Positions 57,166 through 64,000 of a stretch of 64,000 nt of DNA are shown in pieces. Source of the DNA: Rhodospirillales bacterium (GTDB taxonomy: Bacteria; Pseudomonadota; Alphaproteobacteria; MPNO01; UBA2964). Within the stretch, counting starts at the first letter, position 1. Every line of letters starts with the position of its first letter. The notes beneath the pieces are model-generated. The model was not told where the DNA came from and did not search any database. It saw only the letters and a list, made by a program, of their open reading frames with translations. The position numbers and the translations under genes are program-made. Where the stretch lies: the NCBI GenBank assembly GCA_038116945.1, contig JAYOEY010000011.1:14480-78479 (forward strand), written 5' to 3'.

Positions 57166-58509
57166 ATGGCGGGAAACGGCGTAAAACGCGCTCTGGCGAT
57201 GAAGAATCTCCGGTCTCAGATGATGATCGTGGTTCCGGCGCTGCTGGTTGTGATCGCAGGGTTCGTTCTGGCGTATCAGTTTGTCGGCCCCGCCCCACCC
57301 GATCGCGTTCTGATGGCGACCGGATCCGACAGCGGCGCCTATCACGCTTTCGGGAAACTCTATGCCGAGCGGTTCCGCAAGGAAGGCATCGAACTGGCGC
57401 TCAGAACGACGGCCGGCTCATCGGAAAACCTGTCCCTGATTGGCGATCCGGCGAAAAACGTGCCGGTCGCCTTCGTCCAGGGAGGCGTGGCGGTGGCGGA
57501 CGATTTTCCCGATCTGCGTTCGCTCGGCAGCGTCTATTTCGAGCCTTTATGGGTATTCGTCAGGGGAAGCGAACCCCTCCGCCAGCTGACCGGTCTGGCC
57601 GGGCGAAGAATTGCGGTTGGCGGCGAGGGGAGCGGCACCCGGACGCTCGCGCTGAAACTGCTGGCCGAGAACGGGATTGCCGCGGGGAAGGCAACACTTC
57701 TGGAGATAGGCGGACCCGAAGCGGCGGCTGCGCTGATCGATGGCTCTGTCGACGCGGCGTTCTTCATCACCTCCGCCAACTCGCGGACGGTCCGCGATCT
57801 GGTTGGTGCGGACGGCATTCACCTGACCAGTTTCGAGCGGGCGGAGGCGTATCTCAGGCGTCACCGCTACCTGTCCGCGGTAACGCTGCCGCGGGGGGGT
57901 ATCGATCTGGCGCGCGACCTGCCGCGCCGGGATGTCGTGCTGCTTGCGCCGACCGCGACGGTCGTGGCCAATCCCGATCTTCATCCCGCCCTGATCGATC
58001 TTTTCCTGACGACCATGCGCGACGCGCACCGCGCCGGCGGATTGCTCGAGACGCCGGGAGAATTTCCAACGGCAAAGTTCGTCACCTTTCCCCTCGAGCC
58101 GGCGGCGGACCGTTTCTACGAGCGGGGTCCTCCTTTTCTGCAGCGATATCTGCCGTTCTGGGCGGCCAATCTGGTGGATCGTCTGAAGATCATGATCCTG
58201 CCGCTGCTGACTCTTCTCTACCCGCTCTTCAAGGTATTGCCGCCCATGTATAACTGGCGGATGAAGACGCGGGTGAATCGCTGGTATCGCGATCTGCAGG
58301 CTCTTGACGACAGGGTGCGGTCGAATGCGATCTCGAATGCCGACGCGAAGGCTGAAATCGATCGTATCGAGCGCGCAGTCGAGCGGGTCACTGTGCCGGC
58401 CGGATTCGCATCGAGCGCATATACGCTCCGCCTTCACATCGATTTTCTGCGCCACCGTATCGAGGACGGCGGCGGCGAGGCCGGACCGGCGGACTCGGCT
58501 TCTGTCTGA
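57166..58509 (+). CDS. TAXI-family solute-binding domain protein with an N-terminal TM anchor, a C-terminal TM helix and a cytoplasmic coiled-coil tail
   Basis: N-terminal LRSQMMIVVPALLVVIAGFVL; TAXI-like core (MATGSDSGAYHAFG...); second TM LKIMILPLLTLLYPLF then about 100 aa of charged/coiled tail. Confidence 0.5.
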   Translation: MAGNGVKRALAMKNLRSQMMIVVPALLVVIAGFVLAYQFVGPAPPDRVLMATGSDSGAYHAFGKLYAERFRKEGIELALRTTAGSSENLSLIGDPAKNVPVAFVQGGVAVADDFPDLRSLGSVYFEPLWVFVRGSEPLRQLTGLAGRRIAVGGEGSGTRTLALKLLAENGIAAGKATLLEIGGPEAAAALIDGSVDAAFFITSANSRTVRDLVGADGIHLTSFERAEAYLRRHRYLSAVTLPRGGIDLARDLPRRDVVLLAPTATVVANPDLHPALIDLFLTTMRDAHRAGGLLETPGEFPTAKFVTFPLEPAADRFYERGPPFLQRYLPFWAANLVDRLKIMILPLLTLLYPLFKVLPPMYNWRMKTRVNRWYRDLQALDDRVRSNAISNADAKAEIDRIERAVERVTVPAGFASSAYTLRLHIDFLRHRIEDGGGEAGPADSASV

Positions 58510-58560
58510 ACGCCTCTAACGTCCGAAATTCAAGTTGTCCGGGTGTACGCCTGCCTGCCG

Positions 58561-58737
58561 TCAGTGGCAGGGAAAGGCCATGCTGTGCCGGCTGTCGTGC
58601 GCAGCGTTGTGGATCGTGTCCGAATGCGCGAAGCCGACGCCAAGTATGAGAAACGCGCCCAGCAGGATTGCGCAGATCGCCGGTATCGTCGGCGCTGCTG
58701 ATGTTGCGGTCTCAATGGTTTGTGCGTTTCTGTCCAT
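58561..58737 (-). CDS. cbtB: CbtB-like small membrane protein (putative cobalt/nickel transporter subunit), missing from the ORF track
   Basis: 58 aa: MDRNAQTIETATSAAPTIPAICAILLGAFLILGVGFAHSDTIHNAAHDSRHSMAFPCH; one TM plus the CbtB signature C-terminus HD.RH...FPCH. Confidence 0.55.
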   Translation of the reverse strand: MDRNAQTIETATSAAPTIPAICAILLGAFLILGVGFAHSDTIHNAAHDSRHSMAFPCH

Positions 58738-58861
58738 CGTTCTGTATCCGCCGAAATGCCAGCCTGCCTGCCGGAGGATACTGCCCCTCCGATGAAATGT
58801 ATACGGCGGCGTCCGAACGGGCGATCAGACCCGGACGGACGCAAGCCCCGCAAGGGCCCGG

Positions 58862-60151
58862 CTAGACCGTCGTCCTGATTTTGCCGGGAGCCGCCCTGAA
58901 GTCTTCCTGGCAGGCCTCGGCGTAATTCAGTTCGGGATCGAGGACCGTTGCAATCGACCTCACCTTCATGTGCTCCGGGGCACGGCCCGGCGGCATGATG
59001 CCCTTATCTTTCAGGTCGAGCGCCGCGCGCCGCAGGCGGTTCCGGGTCAGCACGATGCCGTAATCGCACTGCACCAGGTTTTCCCGCGACCGGTCGACGA
59101 TCGGACCCATGGATTCCTGAAGGCTGCCGTCCTGCATCCCGAATCCCGCGATACCGGAATAGGATTCGCCACGCTTTTGCGCCTCCCGGTCCATAAGGTA
59201 GTCGTTGCTCTTGTTCTGGACCGGAATGTAGGTGCCCGGAATAACGGCCACGTGCACGCCCTTGCCGTCGAGGCAGGCCTGACGTTCTACGTCCGTGAGG
59301 GGACGGTTGGGGTGGTAGTCGTAGCTCCAGGTCCAGCAGTTCTCGTCGTTGATGGGAACCCAGAAATGCCCGTGTTGCGGATGATCCGCGCGCGGCGGGA
59401 TCATGGTGAAGCACGGCATGACCCACTGGGTGACGCGCCAGTAATACTTGCCTTCTTCCGCGTTGCGGCGGGCGCCGATGTAAAGACCGCCCTCGGATTC
59501 GGCGACTTCGAAATAGGGCTTCAAATCGCCGAGATTGTAATTGTTGGCCTTGGCGCCCTGAAACAGCGGGTCGCGCTCCAGCTCCTGGGAATGCAGGAAC
59601 GACACATGGCTCGAGTCGATTCCGCCTTCAAGCGCCTGAAGCCAGTTGCATTCCTGGAGGCGCTTGGTCGAGACCGTCTGTTCGGGCGCGACCGTGCAGA
59701 ACTCCCATGCGGGTTCCGGCGGGGTATTCGCGGGATCGCCCATATAGGTCCACAGCACGTCCCCGACCTTGATCAGCGGATAGGCCTGAAGCTTGACCTC
59801 CTCGCGGAACTTGGCGTTGTCCGGTTCCGACGGAATCTCGACGCAGTTTCCTTCCACGTCGAATTTCCAGCCGTGGTAGGGGCAGCGCAGCCCGCAATCC
59901 TCGTTGCGGCCGAACCACAGCGAAACGCGGCGGTGCGCGCAGAATTCCTCGATCAGACCGTACCGGCCTTCCGAGTCGCGGAACGCAATCATCTTTTCGC
60001 CCAGCAGTTCGCACCGAACCGGCGGGCAGTCGTTCTCGGGCAGCTCTTCGGCCAGCAGGGCCGGCAGCCAGTACTGACGGAACAGCTCGCCCATCGGGGT
60101 CCCCTTGTCCGTCTGTGTCAGCAGATCGTTCACTTCCTTGCGAAGCGACAT
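58862..60151 (-). CDS. Rieske non-haem iron aromatic-ring-hydroxylating oxygenase alpha subunit (phthalate-dioxygenase-like)
   Basis: 429 aa from ATG 60151; Rieske CAHRRVSLWFGRNEDCGLRCPYHGW; mononuclear-iron catalytic domain. Confidence 0.7.
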   Translation of the reverse strand: MSLRKEVNDLLTQTDKGTPMGELFRQYWLPALLAEELPENDCPPVRCELLGEKMIAFRDSEGRYGLIEEFCAHRRVSLWFGRNEDCGLRCPYHGWKFDVEGNCVEIPSEPDNAKFREEVKLQAYPLIKVGDVLWTYMGDPANTPPEPAWEFCTVAPEQTVSTKRLQECNWLQALEGGIDSSHVSFLHSQELERDPLFQGAKANNYNLGDLKPYFEVAESEGGLYIGARRNAEEGKYYWRVTQWVMPCFTMIPPRADHPQHGHFWVPINDENCWTWSYDYHPNRPLTDVERQACLDGKGVHVAVIPGTYIPVQNKSNDYLMDREAQKRGESYSGIAGFGMQDGSLQESMGPIVDRSRENLVQCDYGIVLTRNRLRRAALDLKDKGIMPPGRAPEHMKVRSIATVLDPELNYAEACQEDFRAAPGKIRTTV

Positions 60152-60243
60152 GGTTCCTCTCCTCCTCTTTTGCGCATCGCCTCTCGCCGGGCCGCGCAGA
60201 AATCTCGGGTCCGGGCGCGAAATCTTCCGAAACAAACCCTCGC

Positions 60244-60268
60244 CATTGCCAAAATCTGAGCGGCAATG
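60244..60268. promoter_or_regulatory. 7-bp perfect inverted repeat in the divergent oxygenase/hydrolase promoter
   Basis: CATTGCC-aaaatctgagc-GGCAATG. Confidence 0.3.
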
Positions 60269-60456
60269 CAATTCCATGCCGGTGGCACGGTTATGTCCAG
60301 AAGCGATGCGTCGCCGGGGACCGCCAATCGGCAGAAGAACTAAAGGAACCTGCCTTTTGCGTCAATGCCGGAGGGATATTCCGGCGTGCTTGCCGCGAGC
60401 GGCCGGAAACACCATTATCCTGCGCGTTCGGACAGGCAGAAAACGGGGCCGAAAGG

Positions 60457-61311
60457 ATGCCGACAGCAGACATCGACGGGATCGAAACGCGTTATGAGGT
60501 GATGGGCGACGGTCCGGCCATTTTAATGTACTCGCCGGGCGGATTCGATGCGCGGATCGAGCAATGGTCGGACCTCGGCGTTTACAAACGCATCCGGCTG
60601 CTCGACTACCTGCCGGAAAGATATCGCTGCATCCTGTTCGACCGGCGCGAGAACGGGCAATCCGGCGGCCGCGTCGAGCGAATTACCTGGGACCATTACG
60701 TGCGGCAGGGAGCCGGTCTGCTGGACGCGCTGGGCGTCGAAAAGGCTCATGTCATGGGCGGCTGCATGGGATGCTGTCCGGTCTCGGCGTTCGGCGCAGC
60801 GTTGCCCGGCCGCACGCTTTCAATGGTGCATTACTGGCCGGTCGGCGGCGCCAAATACCGGATAAGTAGCCACCAGCGTTTTGCCCGGCATTTGGCGTTT
60901 GTCGAGGAAAACGGGCTGCAAGCGGTCGTCGATCTGGTGCGGAGCCACGACAAAAACTTTTCTTCCGATCCGCGCGGTGGCCCATGGGGCCAGCCGATCC
61001 GCAATTCAGATGCCTTTGCCGACGCCTACGCCGCGCTGGATCGTTCGAAATACCTGCTGACCGTTACCGCCATGGTACGCGGGCTGATGGACCGGGACAC
61101 TTCGCCGGGTGCGGAGCCGGAGGAGCTGATGCGGCTCGACATTCCGGCCCTGATCGTGCCCGGCAACGATCCGTTCCATGCAACGTCGGCGGCGCGCTAC
61201 CTGCATGAATGTCTCGAAGGCTCCCAATACTGGGACATGCCGGTGGACGATCAGACCGAGGACAACGCGCCGGGGCGGATTCTTGATTTTCTGGACGGAA
61301 TTTCCGCCTGA
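60457..61311 (+). CDS. alpha/beta-hydrolase fold protein
   Basis: 284 aa from ATG 60457; nucleophile-elbow-like HVMGGCMG. Confidence 0.6.
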   Translation: MPTADIDGIETRYEVMGDGPAILMYSPGGFDARIEQWSDLGVYKRIRLLDYLPERYRCILFDRRENGQSGGRVERITWDHYVRQGAGLLDALGVEKAHVMGGCMGCCPVSAFGAALPGRTLSMVHYWPVGGAKYRISSHQRFARHLAFVEENGLQAVVDLVRSHDKNFSSDPRGGPWGQPIRNSDAFADAYAALDRSKYLLTVTAMVRGLMDRDTSPGAEPEELMRLDIPALIVPGNDPFHATSAARYLHECLEGSQYWDMPVDDQTEDNAPGRILDFLDGISA

Positions 61312-62253
61312 TCAGGCATTCAGGTTCAGCGTCGATTTTGCGAACAGGTCATCGAGCGCCATCGGGCCGGGGATGATTTTCTGGGTCACCGCATGCGCCA
61401 TCAACCCTTCGAGCGTGTCGCGGTTGGGCTCGATGCCGTAGGGCAGCGGATCGTCCAGCGTCTCCATGACCGCCATATGTACCCTGTCGGCGCGCGTCGG
61501 CTCCGAAATCTGCCCGGCTTTCAGCGCCGCAACATATCGCCGCTTCGATTCTGCGAATGCCTCGAACACCTGAACGGCAACGTCGGGGTTTTTCGCAAGC
61601 ACCTCGTCGCTGATCGCGACCGTGTGGTTGATCGGATAGAGCCCGCGCCCCCTGAACGCGGCGAGACCGGCCTCGAACTCGTTCGGGATGAGTTGACCGA
61701 TATTCTCGTTCTTGAACGTGGCGCCCACCGCGGCGACAAGATCGCCCGATGTCAGGTGTGCTTCCAGATCACCGTCTTCCAGAGGTACGACGTTATCCGG
61801 CGCCTGATACTGCGCCACGTGTTCGTCGCCTGATGGCGCCCAGGTGATCGACGACAGATCGACGTCGTACTCGTCCTGAATGATGGCACGCGCCCAGACG
61901 CCGGTGGTGACCGTATAGCCGCGATTGACGCCGACCCGCTTGCCGGCGAGGTCGGCCGGAGATTTAAGGCCCGACGGCACGTGATGGGCGATGGCGCCAT
62001 GATGGAAGTCGCGCACCAGAAAGACCGGAATCGCGGTGAATTTCACGCCGTGCGCCTTGGCGCAGATATAGGTGGTCAACGCCATCTCGCAGACGTCGAA
62101 CTCCATCTCCCGCACCATGCGGCGGAATCCCTGCACGAGGACGGGGATCTCCTCCCAGTCCATCTCGAAATCGGGAAGGGTAACCTCTCCTTCCTTGAGC
62201 GCCCGGTTGTTGCCCTGTGTGCGCGATACCGCGTGCAGTCTGGTCTTGCTCAT
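61312..62253 (-). CDS. 4,5-dihydroxyphthalate decarboxylase-like protein
   Basis: 313 aa; PVFLVRDFHHGAI, LAGKRVGVNRGYTVTTGVWARAIIQDEYDVDL resemble the PhtD/OphC family. Confidence 0.55.
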   Translation of the reverse strand: MSKTRLHAVSRTQGNNRALKEGEVTLPDFEMDWEEIPVLVQGFRRMVREMEFDVCEMALTTYICAKAHGVKFTAIPVFLVRDFHHGAIAHHVPSGLKSPADLAGKRVGVNRGYTVTTGVWARAIIQDEYDVDLSSITWAPSGDEHVAQYQAPDNVVPLEDGDLEAHLTSGDLVAAVGATFKNENIGQLIPNEFEAGLAAFRGRGLYPINHTVAISDEVLAKNPDVAVQVFEAFAESKRRYVAALKAGQISEPTRADRVHMAVMETLDDPLPYGIEPNRDTLEGLMAHAVTQKIIPGPMALDDLFAKSTLNLNA

Positions 62254-62295
62254 CCTTTTTTCCTGTCTTTCTTTCTCTTGTTTCTGTCGTTGAAA

Positions 62296-62586
62296 TCAGC
62301 AGCACTCGCCCTCGCCGAGATCCTCCAGCGCCGGCAGCAGCCAGGCGACCGGCAGGTCGGCGTCTGTGACGTCGGCGACGCGAGAGAAGATTTTCAGCCG
62401 GTAACGCTTCTCTCCCTTCCAGAAAATAGCGTTCGTTTCGTGGGGCGGGAAACCCGGCTTGGTGCCCCGGTCCTCGGAGACCAGCACGATCGCGTCGTCA
62501 TCGATGGAAAATCGGTGCCGCAAAAGGCCTTCGACGCGCGAAATGTCGCCAAGCGTGTTTGCTTCCGGTCCAAGCCGTCTGAACAT
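62296..62586 (-). CDS. Hypothetical small protein (96 aa), tentative
   Basis: Terminal part of a long minus-strand ORF that otherwise runs antisense to the ADH gene; fills a 455-bp gap; no recognisable domain. Confidence 0.25.
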   Translation of the reverse strand: MFRRLGPEANTLGDISRVEGLLRHRFSIDDDAIVLVSEDRGTKPGFPPHETNAIFWKGEKRYRLKIFSRVADVTDADLPVAWLLPALEDLGEGECC

Positions 62587-62709
62587 TTTCGTCGGTGTCC
62601 CGACTCCCTTCTTTATTCCGGCCAACACGCGACCCAGCTCGTATGCCCGGTTGCCGCGACTTTGCCGCTTTGCTAAATCAGGGTCAACATCATATCGGGA
62701 GAGAACAAC

Positions 62710-63816
62710 GTGGCAGAAAAAGTAGTCGCCGCCGTACGGACGGCGCCCCAGACGACCGAATTCCGCGAATACGACATGCCGGACATTCCGGAGGAAGCCG
62801 CGCTTCTGAAAGTCGAGGTCGCGGGTATCTGCGGCACCGACGTCAAATTCTATTCCAAGCCGCCATTCGAAGGCCCGGTCATCATGGGGCACGAGAATAT
62901 CGGCTACATCGCCAAGGCCGGGAAGGTGTTCCAGGAGCGCAAGGGGCTCAAGGAAGGCGATCTCGTGTTCGTCGAACATTATGTCGGCTGCATGAACTGC
63001 GAACACTGCCACCGCGGCGACTACCGGCTCTGCATGTTTACCGACTGGCGCAAATGCCCCGAAGGGCTGCGTTTCGGCTATACGCTGGCCGAACGCGCGC
63101 CGCATCTGTTCGGCGGGTTCGCCCATTACATGTACCTGCCGTGGAATTCCGTGATCCACAAGGTGCCGGACGGGCTGTCGCCTGAATATGCCGGCGTCGT
63201 CACGCCGATGGCGAACGGCATCCAGTGGGCGCTGTTCGATTGCCAGGTCGGCTACGACAGCAAGGTCCTGATCCAGGGGCCGGGCCAGCAGGGATTGTGC
63301 AACACCATCGCGTCCAAGACGGCCGGCGCGTCGCTGATCATCGTTACCGGAACCAGCAAGGACAAGAAACGCCTCGACGTCGCGAAGAAACTCGGCGCGG
63401 ATTACACCATCGTGGTGGACGAGGAAGACCCGCTGGAGCGGATCATGGAAATCACCAATGGCGAGGGGCTCGACGTTTCGCTCGACTGCACGGCCGGCGC
63501 GGGCACGATCCCGACGCTGCTCGGCATCGAAGCGCTCAAGCGCAAGGGCGGCACGCTGCAGTTCCAGGGCGAGGACGTCAACGAGTTCCCTGCCTTCCCG
63601 ATGAACAAGGTCGGCAACAAGTACATCACCATCAAGGCGGCCCGCGGCCACAATTACCAGAGCTGCGAGCTGGGGCTGAAACAGCTTGCCTCCGACCGGT
63701 ACGACATCGGCCTGATTACCACGCACAAGTACGGCCTCAAGGACGTGCACGAGGCGATCAATGCGGTCGGCGGCAGCGGCGACGTGATCCACTGCTCGCT
63801 GATGCCGTGGGAGTGA
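62710..63816 (+). CDS. Zn-dependent alcohol/diol dehydrogenase (MDR family)
   Basis: 368 aa; GHENIGY, structural-Zn cysteines CMNCEHCHRGDYRLC, GPGQQGL Rossmann. Confidence 0.75.
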   Translation: MAEKVVAAVRTAPQTTEFREYDMPDIPEEAALLKVEVAGICGTDVKFYSKPPFEGPVIMGHENIGYIAKAGKVFQERKGLKEGDLVFVEHYVGCMNCEHCHRGDYRLCMFTDWRKCPEGLRFGYTLAERAPHLFGGFAHYMYLPWNSVIHKVPDGLSPEYAGVVTPMANGIQWALFDCQVGYDSKVLIQGPGQQGLCNTIASKTAGASLIIVTGTSKDKKRLDVAKKLGADYTIVVDEEDPLERIMEITNGEGLDVSLDCTAGAGTIPTLLGIEALKRKGGTLQFQGEDVNEFPAFPMNKVGNKYITIKAARGHNYQSCELGLKQLASDRYDIGLITTHKYGLKDVHEAINAVGGSGDVIHCSLMPWE

Positions 63817-63826
63817 GCACCCCGCT

Positions 63827-64000
63827 TTGACGCAAGCGCCCGGTAGCGACGAACGGATTCCGGTCACTGTCGTCACCGGGTTTCTCGGCGCGGGCAAGAC
63901 GACGCTCGTCAACCGGCTGCTGGCGGACATCGCCGGCAAGCGCTACGCCGTCATCGTCAACGAGTTCGGCGATATCGGCATCGACGGCGACCTGATCGCC
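63827..64000 (+). CDS. COG0523-family G3E GTPase (CobW/zinc metallochaperone-like), N-terminal fragment; continues past the window end
   Basis: IPVTVVTGFLGAGKTTLVNRLL (P-loop) and YAVIVNEFGDIGIDGDL; start tentatively TTG 63827. Confidence 0.55.
   Translation, partial: MTQAPGSDERIPVTVVTGFLGAGKTTLVNRLLADIAGKRYAVIVNEFGDIGIDGDLIA

Noticed and set aside
58738-58861. Cobalamin riboswitch upstream of the CbtB-like gene
   Set aside because: Only 124 bp, too short, and no B12-box consensus is visible.
62587-63939. Upstream part of the 547-aa minus-strand ORF
   Set aside because: Antisense to the well-supported Zn-dehydrogenase gene. Only the last 96 codons, which fall in an otherwise empty gap, were kept as a tentative gene.
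1-64000. CRISPR arrays, tRNA/rRNA genes, IS elements, integrases, prophage genes
   Set aside because: No direct-repeat/spacer periodicity, no tRNA-like cloverleaf regions and no transposase, integrase or phage-structural homologues were recognised on either strand.

Overview
This window is a high-GC (~65%) chromosomal segment of an alphaproteobacterium. The assignment rests on a GcrA cell-cycle regulator, Bug/TctC-type receptors and PEP-CTERM proteins. I can support about 57 protein-coding genes and see no rRNA, tRNA, CRISPR, transposase or integrase. The content is metabolic and transport-heavy: the aerobic benzoyl-CoA (box) pathway genes boxC-boxB with a benzoate-CoA ligase and an FAD hydroxylase, class I ribonucleotide reductase (nrdAB) behind tandem DnaA boxes, a polyamine operon (speH-speE), hydantoinase A/B, a TAXI-TRAP transporter, three orphan TctC-like binding proteins, a hybrid sensor kinase, and a Rieske-oxygenase/decarboxylase/dehydrogenase block at the 3' end. 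The features most worth follow-up are: (i) an AAC(3)-like acetyltransferase plus terpene-cyclase-like alpha/alpha-toroid protein operon next to two paralogous acyl-AMP ligases flanking a DMT exporter; (ii) a doubly membrane-anchored TAXI-like binding protein just downstream of a soluble hybrid histidine kinase; (iii) an unannotated 58-aa CbtB-like gene with no cbtA partner; (iv) an MntR-like repressor divergent from an uncharacterised polytopic membrane protein with a perfect operator palindrome between them; (v) a PEP-CTERM-like secreted metzincin; and (vi) a very AT-rich 125-bp island in front of a cupin/oxidoreductase/ligase/CAP-domain operon. Many long ORFs in the six-frame track are antisense or out-of-frame artefacts of high-GC DNA and were rejected.
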